Shown here: positions 47,388-56,182 of the stretch, one piece after another
Layout of the letters: every line of letters starts with the position of its first letter
Position numbering within the stretch: position 1 is the first letter of the stretch
DNA from: an uncultured Dehalococcoidales bacterium
GTDB taxonomy: Bacteria; Chloroflexota; Dehalococcoidia; Dehalococcoidales; E44-bin46
NCBI GenBank assembly: GCA_964627215.1
Contig: CAZVIZ010000001.1
Location: 6,635-70,634 of the forward strand
Direction: 5' to 3'
Length of the DNA: 64,000 nt
Made by a program: the position numbers and the translations under genes
The notes under the pieces: generated by a model
What the model saw: only the letters and a program-made list of their open reading frames with translations
Databases searched by the model: none
What the model was told of the DNA's origin: nothing

Positions 47388-48178
47388 CTTTTCTGTCCCC
47401 TCTGCACCAGCGTCCTCAGCACCACGAAGATGGTAAGGCTGATGATTATTAGTAATACCGCCACGGGGCGGGAGTAGGTCAGGCCATACGTCTCGAACCT
47501 CTCGTAGATCAGGGTGGGGGCTATCATGGGGTGGTAGGCGAGGATGATAACCGCCCCGAACTCGCTTATGCCCCGCGCCCACATCATTATGTTGCCGGAG
47601 AGTATGCTCCTCCACGCCAGGGGGAAGGAGACCTTGAAGAAGGTCTGCCAGGGTGAGGCTCCCAGGGTGCGGGCGACTTTCTCTAGCCTCACGTCCACCT
47701 TCTTGAAGCCCTCTTTGGCCGAGTCTATCAGGAAGGGCACGCTGACGAACATCATGGCCACCACGATGCCGGCTGTGGAGTCGATGAACTCGATGCCTAC
47801 TGTGCCGAAGAGTTCGCCCATAAAGTATCTGCGGCCGAAGACAAACAGCAGGGCGATGCCGGCGGCGGTGTGGGGGACCACGATGGGCACGTCTATAAGC
47901 CCCTCCAGCACCCTCTTGCCGCGAAAGTCATGGCGTGCCAGCAGGTAGGCCAGGGGTACCCCGAACAGGAAGCCGATGCCGGTGGAGATGAGCGCTGCCC
48001 AGAGGGTGAGCATTATGGCCCTGGTCACGGTGGGGTCCAGCAGGGTGTCCCTGAGTATGCCGGGGTCGGAGGCGAATACCATGCGCAACAGGGGTACGAC
48101 GATGAACAGGACTATTACGGTCCCCAGCAGCACGAAGGTGAGCGTTAGTTTATTGGACTTTAGCCATTGCTTTACCAA
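47384..48178 (-). CDS. wtpB: Tungstate ABC transporter permease
   Basis: VPHTAAGIALL, LEKVARTLGA, WARGISEFGA, AYHP. Confidence 0.9.
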   Translation of the reverse strand: MVKQWLKSNKLTLTFVLLGTVIVLFIVVPLLRMVFASDPGILRDTLLDPTVTRAIMLTLWAALISTGIGFLFGVPLAYLLARHDFRGKRVLEGLIDVPIVVPHTAAGIALLFVFGRRYFMGELFGTVGIEFIDSTAGIVVAMMFVSVPFLIDSAKEGFKKVDVRLEKVARTLGASPWQTFFKVSFPLAWRSILSGNIMMWARGISEFGAVIILAYHPMIAPTLIYERFETYGLTYSRPVAVLLIIISLTIFVVLRTLVQRGQKR

Positions 48179-48272
48179 GGGCGGCCCCCGCTAGGGTGGC
48201 GGTCCCTGTGTGCCAGGGTTCGCTTTATTTTAGGGCGAATATCAGACGATGGGACTATGCTGAGCAATATCC

Positions 48273-48368
48273 CTCTCCTTTCCAAATACGGGAGGCGCCA
48301 CAGTTTCCCGTGACACCCTGCCGGCCAGCCTCCATGGGTGTTTCCTTTAGGAGGGTTGGCTCGGAGAG
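48273..48368 (-). ncRNA. Moco/Tuco riboswitch aptamer 2 (no P3)
   Basis: CTCCGAGC..CCTAA..ATGG..GGGTGTCACGGGAAAC..GCGCCTCCCGTATTTGGAAAGGAG. Confidence 0.92.
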
Positions 48369-48400
48369 CTTGGGTTTTAGGGCCTGGCTTAATTAAGGCA

Positions 48401-48441
48401 TAAAAAAACAGGAGGCAGCCTAATTAAGCATACCTTCTGTT
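48401..48441 (-). terminator. Intrinsic terminator between the two aptamers
   Basis: ACAGAAGGTA...TGCCTCCTGT followed by a T tract on the minus strand. Confidence 0.7.
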
Positions 48442-48464
48442 ACAAGACGGCACTCACCGCATTA

Positions 48465-48559
48465 CTCTCCTTTCCAAATACGGGAGGCGCCACCGTTTCC
48501 CGTGACACCCTTTCGGCTGTCTGCCATGGGGTTCCCTTTAGGCGAGGACAGCTCGGAGA
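48465..48559 (-). ncRNA. Moco/Tuco riboswitch aptamer 1 (no P3)
   Basis: Same consensus as aptamer 2, with P2 GCTGTC/GACAGC. Confidence 0.92.
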
Positions 48560-48575
48560 CTAAACGTCAATAGAT

Positions 48576-48605
48576 AGGCTATCAAAAAGGGGGAGGTTGT
48601 GTCAA
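48576..48605 (-). promoter_or_regulatory. wtp operon promoter
   Basis: TTGACA-N18-TAGCCT with TGn. Confidence 0.55.
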
Positions 48606-48614
48606 TATAGCCCT

Positions 48615-48824
48615 TTAGTCAACCGCTATCATCACGTTGGACGCCTTTATAACGGCGTAGATGTCCTGGCCCGTGGAGAGCTTCAGCCTTTCGGCGGAAT
48701 CCTTGGTTATGATTGAGGTGATGGTATCCCCGCCGCTAAGCTCTACCGTTATCTCCGCATTCACCACACCGGGCTTGATGCCCTTAACCTCGCCCTTCAG
48801 CAGGTTCCTGGCGCTTATTTCCAT
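48615..48824 (-). CDS. mop: Molybdate/tungstate-binding Mop (TOBE) protein
   Basis: ISARNLLKG, SIIT, AVIKASNVM. Confidence 0.93.
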   Translation of the reverse strand: MEISARNLLKGEVKGIKPGVVNAEITVELSGGDTITSIITKDSAERLKLSTGQDIYAVIKASNVMIAVD

Positions 48825-48915
48825 AATAGTCCTCCGTGCGTGTTTCGGTGGGTGTTAGTGATGATACAGTATTGTCATAGTTAGCCTTGATTAAGCCCGG
48901 TTAGTCCGGGCGGAT

Positions 48916-49902
48916 TTAACGTGAAGGCGGGGCCATGAATTCGGGCTCTATTGGCTGTTTGATTGTCTCCTTGAGTATGGAGGCTATCTCCTTTTTAGCC
49001 TGTTCATCGAGTGACCACCCCATAGTTCCTGCCAACTCATCCAATTGCTCAGGGCGTCGTGCTCCCCATATAGCTATCTGTGTTCCCTGGTCTAATATCC
49101 ATCGCACCGCCAGGTGGATTACATTCTTGCCATAGTTCTGCCGGCTGAATTGGCCCAGCTTATCAACCGCTTTCAGGTAATTCTCATAGTGGGGTGGCTG
49201 GAACTTCGGGTCTATCTTGCGCAGGTCATCGCCGTGAAACTCTGTGTCGGGCTTCATTTTGCCGGAGAGCAAGCCCCGGCAGAGGGCGCCGTATGTAAGT
49301 AGGGATATACCATGCTTCTTACAGTAGGGCATTACGTCGTGTTCAATCCCTCGCTCAAACAGATTGTACGGTGGTTGAGCGAAGTGTAGCGGAACAGCCT
49401 GGCGGAATACACTCATCTGCTCGGGCGTATAGTTGCTCACCGCCACGGCCAATATCTTGCCGTCCTGATGAACCTTGCCCATCGCCTCTGCTGTCTCTTC
49501 AATGGGCACAAGGGGGTCTGGCCAATGCACGTGATAGATGTCGATGTATTCCCGCCCCAGACGCTTCAGGGAATCGTCTATCTCCTTTAAAATCCTCTCC
49601 CTGCTGGAGTTGCGGTATACTGCTTTGCCTTTCCATTCCAAGCCTGCTTTAGTGGAGATATGAACCCTGCCCTTGTCGCCGTATTGCTTTAGGGCCTTGC
49701 CCACGATTTCCTCGGAGCGTCCGAAGCCATAGACAGGCGCGGTGTCAATAAGGTTTATGCCCCTATCTAGGGCGGCATGGATTGTGCGTATAGAATCTCG
49801 TTCATCGGTCCCACCCCACATCCACCCCCCGATAGCCCATGTCCCCAAGGCTATTCGTGACAACCTCAGACCGATGCCGGGTATATTCTTATATTCCATC
49901 AT
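48916..49902 (-). CDS. Aldo/keto reductase (YhdN/GSP69-like)
   Basis: GTWAIGGWMWGG, DTAPVYGFG, HWPD, QPPYNLFER, EFMAPP. Confidence 0.93.
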   Translation of the reverse strand: MMEYKNIPGIGLRLSRIALGTWAIGGWMWGGTDERDSIRTIHAALDRGINLIDTAPVYGFGRSEEIVGKALKQYGDKGRVHISTKAGLEWKGKAVYRNSSRERILKEIDDSLKRLGREYIDIYHVHWPDPLVPIEETAEAMGKVHQDGKILAVAVSNYTPEQMSVFRQAVPLHFAQPPYNLFERGIEHDVMPYCKKHGISLLTYGALCRGLLSGKMKPDTEFHGDDLRKIDPKFQPPHYENYLKAVDKLGQFSRQNYGKNVIHLAVRWILDQGTQIAIWGARRPEQLDELAGTMGWSLDEQAKKEIASILKETIKQPIEPEFMAPPSR

Positions 49903-49932
49903 TGTTTGCTGGCTCTTTGGGGGTTTGAATCA

Positions 49933-50008
49933 TGGCGCGCCTAGAGGGATTCGAACCCCCGACCCTCGGTTCCGAAGACCGATGCTCTATCCGCTGAGCT
50001 ATAGGCGC
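49933..50008 (-). tRNA. tRNA-Arg(TCG)
   Basis: GCGCCTATAGCTCAGCGGATAGAGC..TCGGTCTTCGGAACCGA..GCGCGCCA. Confidence 0.96.
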
Positions 50009-50160
50009 ATCATATCACGTGCAATTATACCCAAAACGTGGCCAAAAGGTAAGCGCAGTGTAGCTTGTGGTTTATCTCAAAAGTGCTCTAATAGAATTAG
50101 AGGTCTACCCCAAATTCCGGGTTTTAGGCATAAAAGACTTTGGGATTTGGAGATGAGCTT

Positions 50161-50323
50161 ATGGTGGAGATATATCTGACCTGTCGCGAGTGCGGGAAGA
50201 GCAAGGGCTTCAACAGCCTGGAGCAGGTGGAGAAGAAGGAGGTGGATTATCCAGCCCCAGGATCAGGGTTGGGATGTAGCCTATTGCCCTAAATGCAAAG
50301 ACAAGGCCAGGGTTTCACGCTGA
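50161..50323 (+). pseudogene. Small zinc-ribbon protein gene split by a +1 frameshift
   Basis: One frame gives MVEIYLTCRECGK.., the +1 frame gives ..WIIQPQDQGWDVAYCPKCK; the 163 nt span equals 54 codons plus 1; GGAG RBS. Confidence 0.55.
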
Positions 50324-50341
50324 TTCTTAAAGGGGCTCAAG

Positions 50342-50419
50342 TGGGGTGAGTGGAGGGATTTGAACCCTCGATCTCCAGGGCCACAACCTGGCGCCTTAGA
50401 CCACTTGGCCACACTCACC
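50342..50419 (-). tRNA. tRNA-His(GTG) with G-1
   Basis: GGTGAGTGTGGCCAAGTGG..CCAGGTTGTGGCCCTGG..CACTCACCCCA. Confidence 0.96.
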
Positions 50420-50459
50420 GTAACATACCGAATTATTATAGCCCAAATGCCCTCGCTGT

Positions 50460-50759
50460 TCAATCGGACGTGCCGATGGGCGTTCTGGGAACCAGAAGTA
50501 CTATGGTAACCCCCTCGCCCCCCTCCCCATACTCGCCGCCGCGGTAAAATTCCACCAGGGAGTGTCTTCCCAACTCTCTACGTATGGCCCGGCGCAGAAT
50601 GCCCGTCCCTTTGCCGTGGACCACCCTCAACTGGCGTAGTCCAGCCATAAAGGAGTCATTTATGAACTTGTCCAGCAGGGGCAATGCGTCCTCTATGGTT
50701 AGACGGCGCAGGTATATTTCCCCGGGGGTTTCCTCTTCGCGTCTATCGTCTGTAGTCAT
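50460..50759 (-). CDS. Stand-alone Smr domain protein
   Basis: VVHGKGTGILR and GEGGEGVT motifs. Confidence 0.9.
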   Translation of the reverse strand: MTTDDRREEETPGEIYLRRLTIEDALPLLDKFINDSFMAGLRQLRVVHGKGTGILRRAIRRELGRHSLVEFYRGGEYGEGGEGVTIVLLVPRTPIGTSD

Positions 50760-50784
50760 GGCTTAATTCCGGCCCGTTAAGGGG

Positions 50785-51624
50785 CTACCTGAGCATGGCC
50801 ACATAGCTATCCAGGGGCACGTCTATGTTCCTGGCCACGGGGGCGCACTTTGCCTTTAAACAGTGGAAAACCCTGCCCGCGGCGGGCAACTCCGAGAGAG
50901 ACTCGTAGTAGCCCATGCCCTTGGCGAAGATGATGTCCGCTGCCTTGAACTCCGCCTTGAAGGCCTCCGATGCCTCGGGGAGGACTATACCCGGTGTGGC
51001 CGTTCCGGTATCTATAATTCTGGGGAATCTATCGACTATGCCCGCCCGCTCTATATCCTCCAGGGTGATGTCGTTCTGGGTGGGGGCGGCCTTTACCACA
51101 TAGGTAACCGCCGTTAGCTTGGACATATAGAGCACCAAGGGCAGGTCCAAAAGTGCCTCCCCGGCGTTATCGGCAAGATATAGGACGCTGTCTGCTTTCT
51201 CAAGCCTCTCTGCAAGGATATCGGAATGGTCTATGGCGAAGCGGATTGGCTTTCTTACCTCTTGCCTCACAATGTCCAAGGGGCGGAAGAAGTCTATGGC
51301 ATTAGCCTTGGCTGCCAGCTCTAGACACTCTCTGAACTCTACAAAGCCCTCTGCGCCCAGCTCGCGATATAGCTCCCAAGATACCTCTATCTCCCTGTTC
51401 TTCATATCGCGATAGGGGTCCGGGTTTCCAGTAAGTTCTCTTATGGCGCGGTGGATTTGGGAGGCGGTTACTATGCTTACCGTATTGGGGGAAAAGCCAT
51501 CATCAAGGGCCTTAAGAGCCACTTCCTCGGCCTTGGCGCGGAGGGAGTCCCCTCCTGCGGCCAGAGCCGCCGTGTTTATCGCCAGTTTTTTAAGGCACTG
51601 GTAGCATTCCGGGGCGCTCTTCAT
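50785..51624 (-). CDS. DUF89/ARMT1-like damage-control phosphatase
   Basis: ECYQC, DPY, NAID, DNAGE, QND, KGMGYYE, KAKC; ATG 51624 preferred as start. Confidence 0.88.
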   Translation of the reverse strand: MKSAPECYQCLKKLAINTAALAAGGDSLRAKAEEVALKALDDGFSPNTVSIVTASQIHRAIRELTGNPDPYRDMKNREIEVSWELYRELGAEGFVEFRECLELAAKANAIDFFRPLDIVRQEVRKPIRFAIDHSDILAERLEKADSVLYLADNAGEALLDLPLVLYMSKLTAVTYVVKAAPTQNDITLEDIERAGIVDRFPRIIDTGTATPGIVLPEASEAFKAEFKAADIIFAKGMGYYESLSELPAAGRVFHCLKAKCAPVARNIDVPLDSYVAMLR

Positions 51625-51756
51625 ATCTAAATCATATTCTACCCTATCAGGGTGCTCTGATGCCAACAGCTGGGCGTCTATGACGCCAACGTAGGGGTGG
51701 CTTTGCCACTAACATTTCTTGCTAATAAAAGCGATTAGGCGTTATTATTGGTGGCG

Positions 51757-52341
51757 ATGTTTGTATATAGGCGGGTCAGAGGTCCCAGCCTGCGCCCCAT
51801 ATGGGTGCTTATAGGGATAAACGTTATATTCTTTATCCTGACTCTGGCATATCCCAGCCTTCTCTACTTCATGGGGTTTCATCCTGCGCTGTTCGCGGCG
51901 CGCCCCTGGACCATCATAAGCAATATGTTCGCCCACTATGGCCTGTGGCACATAATAGCCAACATGTTCACCCTGTACTTCTTCGGCAGGAACGTGCTGT
52001 ACCTGGTGGGGAGGGACAACTTCCTGGCCGTCTACTTCATCGGCGGCATTGTGGGCAACCTGTTCTTTATGGCGCTGTGGCCGCCGGATGCGCTGGGGGT
52101 GGGGGCGTCGGGGGCTATATTCGCGCTGGGTGGAGCGATGGCGGTGATGCGCCCCAAGTTCAAGGTGCTAATCTTCCCCATACCCATTCCAATGTCCTTA
52201 TGGATAGCGATTATAGTGGGCTTCGTGGTGCTCTCCTTCGTGCCGGGGATAGCCTGGCAGGCGCACCTGGGGGGGCTTATCTCTGGTGTTGTGGCGGGGC
52301 TATTCTTCAAAAGGAGGCAGCGCCGACCCGTCTATGTGTAA
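51757..52341 (+). CDS. Rhomboid intramembrane serine protease
   Basis: HIIANM, GASGA, AHLGG. Confidence 0.93.
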   Translation: MFVYRRVRGPSLRPIWVLIGINVIFFILTLAYPSLLYFMGFHPALFAARPWTIISNMFAHYGLWHIIANMFTLYFFGRNVLYLVGRDNFLAVYFIGGIVGNLFFMALWPPDALGVGASGAIFALGGAMAVMRPKFKVLIFPIPIPMSLWIAIIVGFVVLSFVPGIAWQAHLGGLISGVVAGLFFKRRQRRPVYV

Positions 52342-52356
52342 ATACGGAGGAGTATT

Positions 52357-53220
52357 ATGACCGAACTGGGCATTACCAAGTGCGGCGATAGCGAGTTCCG
52401 CTGGGGCGAACGGACCTATGTGATGGGTATACTTAACCTGTCTCCGGACTCCTTCTCCGGTGATGGCCTGGCTGACCTGGGGGTGGCGGCGCAGCAGGCG
52501 CACCGCTTCGTTAGCGAGGGCGCCGATATCATAGATGTGGGTGGCGAGTCTACCCGCCCCGGGGCCTCTCCTATATCGGTGGAGGAGGAGATAGGGCGGG
52601 TTACGGCGGTTATAGAACGCTTGGCCTCAGAGGTGCCCGTGCCCATAAGTGTGGACACCTATAAGTCCCAGGTGGCGGAAAAGGCGCTTCAGGCCGGCGC
52701 TACTATGATTAACGACCAGTGGGGGCTTAAACACGACCCCGATATCGCCCGCCTGGCCGCGGAATGGGATGTGCCCCTAGTGCTGATGAGCAACCAGCGT
52801 GATAAGGGGGGCTACGATGCCGCCGTGGACCGTGATACCTCCTACTACGAGGATCTTATGGAGGAGATAGCATCATCGCTCGCCCGCAGTATGGATACCG
52901 CCCTTAAGGCGGGGCTGGGGCGGGAGAACATAATACTGGATCCAGGTATAGGCTTTGGCAAGAACTGGCGGCAGGATATGGAGATACTGCGCCGCCTGGA
53001 TGAATTACAGTCCCTGGAGCGCCCGATACTCATCGGGCCATCGCGGAAGTCCTTTATCGGCTTGGTGCTGGATCTCCCCGTGGAGGAGCGGGTGGAGGGC
53101 ACCGCCGCCACCGTGGCCATAGGCATAGCCAAGGGCGCGGATATAGTAAGGGTTCATGATGTGGGGTATATATCTCGTGTGTGCCGCATGAGCGACGCCG
53201 TTATACGTCGGTCGCTATAA
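52357..53220 (+). CDS. folP: Dihydropteroate synthase
   Basis: MGILNLSPDSFSGDG, DVGGESTRPG, DPGIGF, SRKSF, RVHDV. Confidence 0.97.
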   Translation: MTELGITKCGDSEFRWGERTYVMGILNLSPDSFSGDGLADLGVAAQQAHRFVSEGADIIDVGGESTRPGASPISVEEEIGRVTAVIERLASEVPVPISVDTYKSQVAEKALQAGATMINDQWGLKHDPDIARLAAEWDVPLVLMSNQRDKGGYDAAVDRDTSYYEDLMEEIASSLARSMDTALKAGLGRENIILDPGIGFGKNWRQDMEILRRLDELQSLERPILIGPSRKSFIGLVLDLPVEERVEGTAATVAIGIAKGADIVRVHDVGYISRVCRMSDAVIRRSL

Positions 53221-54052
53221 GCTCTTCATAGGCGGCTCTGATTCGTTGCGTTACCTTCCCCAGCTCTCTGCCCCCTATTGGCTTCCAGTCCACCTCCGTA
53301 AGTGGCATGACCCCCATGATGGAGTTGGTCAGGAACGCCTCGTCGGCAACCATAAGCTCGTCAAGACCGAAGTCGGCCTCCACAGCCTCTATTCCCATGT
53401 GCGGAGCTATCTCCAGTAGCACCTCCATGGTTATGCCGGGGAGTCTGCCGCTGGCCGCGCCGGGGGTTACCAGCCTGCCATTGGAGACGATGAAGATGTT
53501 GCTCATACTGGCCTCGGCTACCATATCGCGCTCGTTCAGGAAGATGGCCTCGTGTGCCTTCACCTTCCTGGCTTCCCTTCGCGCCAACATGTTGTCCAGG
53601 TAGCTGGTGGTCTTCATCTGGCATATGGGAGAGCTTGAATGGCGGCGTATGGGAGAGATGATGGCCTTGAAACCCTCTCGATACACCTTCTCCGGTGGGG
53701 GGGTTAGCGGCGATGCGGTTATGAGCACGGTGGGCTTTTGGCAGGTGGTGGGGTCTTGGGGAGTGCCCTGGCCGCCGGATATGGTTATGCGTATGCGTGC
53801 GTCCTTCAGCCCGTTGGCCTTGAGGACGTCCATAAGCGGCTTTTTAAGCTTAGCGGTATTTAGCGCTATGCCCATTATGTTGGCCGCAAGCTGTAAGCGG
53901 CGCAGGTGTCTGGTGAGCAGGAAAGGGCGGCCTCCGTAGGCGGGCATGGTCTCAAACAGCCCGAACCCGTAGAGGAAGCCGAAGTCGAAGGCGGAAACCC
54001 CCGCACGGCTGGCTGGCATCAGCGAGCCGTTGAGGTAGACGACCTCATTCAT
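53201..54052 (-). CDS. pabC: Aminodeoxychorismate lyase / class IV aminotransferase
   Basis: GFLYGFGLFET, KTTSYL, EASMSN, LPGIT, AFLTNS; follows pabBA. Confidence 0.8.
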   Translation of the reverse strand: MNEVVYLNGSLMPASRAGVSAFDFGFLYGFGLFETMPAYGGRPFLLTRHLRRLQLAANIMGIALNTAKLKKPLMDVLKANGLKDARIRITISGGQGTPQDPTTCQKPTVLITASPLTPPPEKVYREGFKAIISPIRRHSSSPICQMKTTSYLDNMLARREARKVKAHEAIFLNERDMVAEASMSNIFIVSNGRLVTPGAASGRLPGITMEVLLEIAPHMGIEAVEADFGLDELMVADEAFLTNSIMGVMPLTEVDWKPIGGRELGKVTQRIRAAYEELIATDV

Positions 54053-54644
54053 GCGCCTCGCCCTCCTCCCATCGGGGTCGGGATAGGCTCAAGAAGTTCC
54101 TGAGCACGTCGTGGCCCACCTCGGTCATGATTGACTCGGGGTGGAACTGCACCCCTTCCACAGTGTAGCGGCGGTGGCGCAGCCCCATCACCGTGCCCTC
54201 CTCGTCCCGGGCGGTGACGACAAGCTCCTCCGGCAGTCCCTTCTCCGCCACCACCAGGGAGTGGTAGCGTCCGCCCTGGAAGGGATTGGGCAGGCCCTGG
54301 AATACCCCCTCGCCGTCGTGTTGGACGGGAGAGCTTTTGCCGTGGGTGGGGAGGGGGGCGGAGACGACTTCGCCGCCGTAGGCGTGGCCGATGCACTGGT
54401 GCCCCAGGCAGACGCCGAGTATGGGAATAAACCCCTCGAAGCGCCTTATGGCGTCATTGGATATGCCGGCCTCCAGTGGTGTGCAAGGCCCTGGCGATAT
54501 TATGATGTGTGATGGACTCAAGCTCTCTATATCCTCCAGCGTTATGCGGTTGTTGCGGCGCACCATCGGCTCCCAGCCCAGTTCCCCCAGATATTGAGCC
54601 AGATTATAGACGAAGGAGTCATAATTATCAATAATCAGCACCAT
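54045..54644 (-). CDS. pabA: Aminodeoxychorismate synthase glutamine amidotransferase subunit
   Basis: IDNYDSF, SPGP, GVCLGHQ, RYHSL, QFHPES. Confidence 0.88.
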   Translation of the reverse strand: MVLIIDNYDSFVYNLAQYLGELGWEPMVRRNNRITLEDIESLSPSHIIISPGPCTPLEAGISNDAIRRFEGFIPILGVCLGHQCIGHAYGGEVVSAPLPTHGKSSPVQHDGEGVFQGLPNPFQGGRYHSLVVAEKGLPEELVVTARDEEGTVMGLRHRRYTVEGVQFHPESIMTEVGHDVLRNFLSLSRPRWEEGEAHE

Positions 54645-54649
54645 TTTCC

Positions 54650-56083
54650 TTAAGAGACCTTCTCCACTTTTTGAAGCCCCAGGGCGGCGGCTAGCGCCCT
54701 GGCCTTGTCCAGCGTTTCCTGGTATTCGGACTCCGGGTCGGAGTCGTATGTAACCGCCCCTCCTGCCTGGTAGTAGGCCTTTCCTCCCTTAATGATGAAG
54801 GTGCGGATGACGATATTCAGGTCTATGTCGCCGTTGAAGCCCAGATAGCCGATGCCGCCAGTGTATACGCTTCGTCTGGTCGGCTCAAGTTCGTCTATGA
54901 TCGCCATGGCGCGCACCTTGGGGGCGCCGGTTATGGAGCCGCCGGGGAAGGTTGCCCTGAGCAGAGATACAATGTCCTCGCCTGCTTTAAGGTTTCCCTC
55001 CACGGTGGAGGTGAGGTGAAAAACGGAGGGGAAGGTCTCCAGTATAGCCAGCTCAGTCACCTTGACGCTGCCATAACGGCACACACGCCCCAGGTCGTTC
55101 CTCTCCAGGTCCACTATCATTATATTCTCGGCGTGATCCTTTACGCTGGCTTTAAGCTCCTCGGCTAGTGCCCTATCTTCCTCCGCAGTAGCGCCGCGGC
55201 GGCGCGTGCCCTTTATGGGGCGTGTTTCCACCCAGTCCCCCCTCACCCTTAAAAAACGCTCCGGCGAGGCGCTCACAATCGTGGCTTCGTCAAACCCCAG
55301 GTATGCGGCGAAGGGGGCCGGGTTTATGCGCCTGAGCCTGCTCGCAAGCTCGTGGGGGGGTATGGATAGCTCAGCACAGAAGCGTTGCGATAGGTTTACC
55401 TCAAAGATGTCTCCGGCGGTGATATAATCCCTAGCCTTCTTTACGGCCTCCACATAGCCCTGGTGGGTGAAGTTGCCCTTGATGGGTTGTGGTGTGAGGG
55501 TGGGGGGCTCCGTCGTGGTTGGGGGTGGGGGTTTTTTTAGGGTTGCTTTAAGAGCCTCCAGTCGTTCCCTGGCCCTCTCCAGGCGGAGACGCTCCTTTAA
55601 CTCGGGGAAGCCGCTGGAGACTATGTAGGCCTTGCCCAGCAGGTTGTCATACGCCAGCACGGTATCGTAGAAGCCCAGGCAACATTCTGGGAGTTCAAGG
55701 TCGTCCACGGCGGTCCGGGGCAGGCTTTCCATAAAGTGGCATAGGTCGTAGCTTAGATATCCCACTGCCCCGCCTACCAGGGGCACCGGGGAGGCGCAAC
55801 GCTCCAGACGGTAGACCTCCAGGTAGTGCCCCAGCACGTCTAATGGGTCGCCCTTAAGAGCGGTTTCCACGCCGTTCTGGGTAACGGTTATGTCGGTGCC
55901 GCGGCTCTTTAGGAACAGAAAGGGGTCTGCGCCTATAAAGGAGTACCGTCCCAGATTCTTGGGGTCCATGCTGCTATCCAGGAAGAACGATAGACGGCCT
56001 TTTCCCACTAGCTCAAAGGCCTGGGGGGGTGGTGGGGTGGGGCCCAGCTCCTCTATTAGCGGGCGGCGAGATGCTCTCTCCAT
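54650..56083 (-). CDS. pabB: Aminodeoxychorismate synthase component I
   Basis: NPAPFA, SPERF, PIKGT, DLERNDLG, FPGGSITGAPK. Confidence 0.92.
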   Translation of the reverse strand: MERASRRPLIEELGPTPPPPQAFELVGKGRLSFFLDSSMDPKNLGRYSFIGADPFLFLKSRGTDITVTQNGVETALKGDPLDVLGHYLEVYRLERCASPVPLVGGAVGYLSYDLCHFMESLPRTAVDDLELPECCLGFYDTVLAYDNLLGKAYIVSSGFPELKERLRLERARERLEALKATLKKPPPPTTTEPPTLTPQPIKGNFTHQGYVEAVKKARDYITAGDIFEVNLSQRFCAELSIPPHELASRLRRINPAPFAAYLGFDEATIVSASPERFLRVRGDWVETRPIKGTRRRGATAEEDRALAEELKASVKDHAENIMIVDLERNDLGRVCRYGSVKVTELAILETFPSVFHLTSTVEGNLKAGEDIVSLLRATFPGGSITGAPKVRAMAIIDELEPTRRSVYTGGIGYLGFNGDIDLNIVIRTFIIKGGKAYYQAGGAVTYDSDPESEYQETLDKARALAAALGLQKVEKVS

Positions 56084-56182
56084 GAAACTCCGCTCGTGTA
56101 TGAATTCAACTTTAGGCAGTGGCTTCCCAAATCATACAATAGGGGGTTAGGGTCGTCAATTCGGGGTGGTGTTTACATAATG

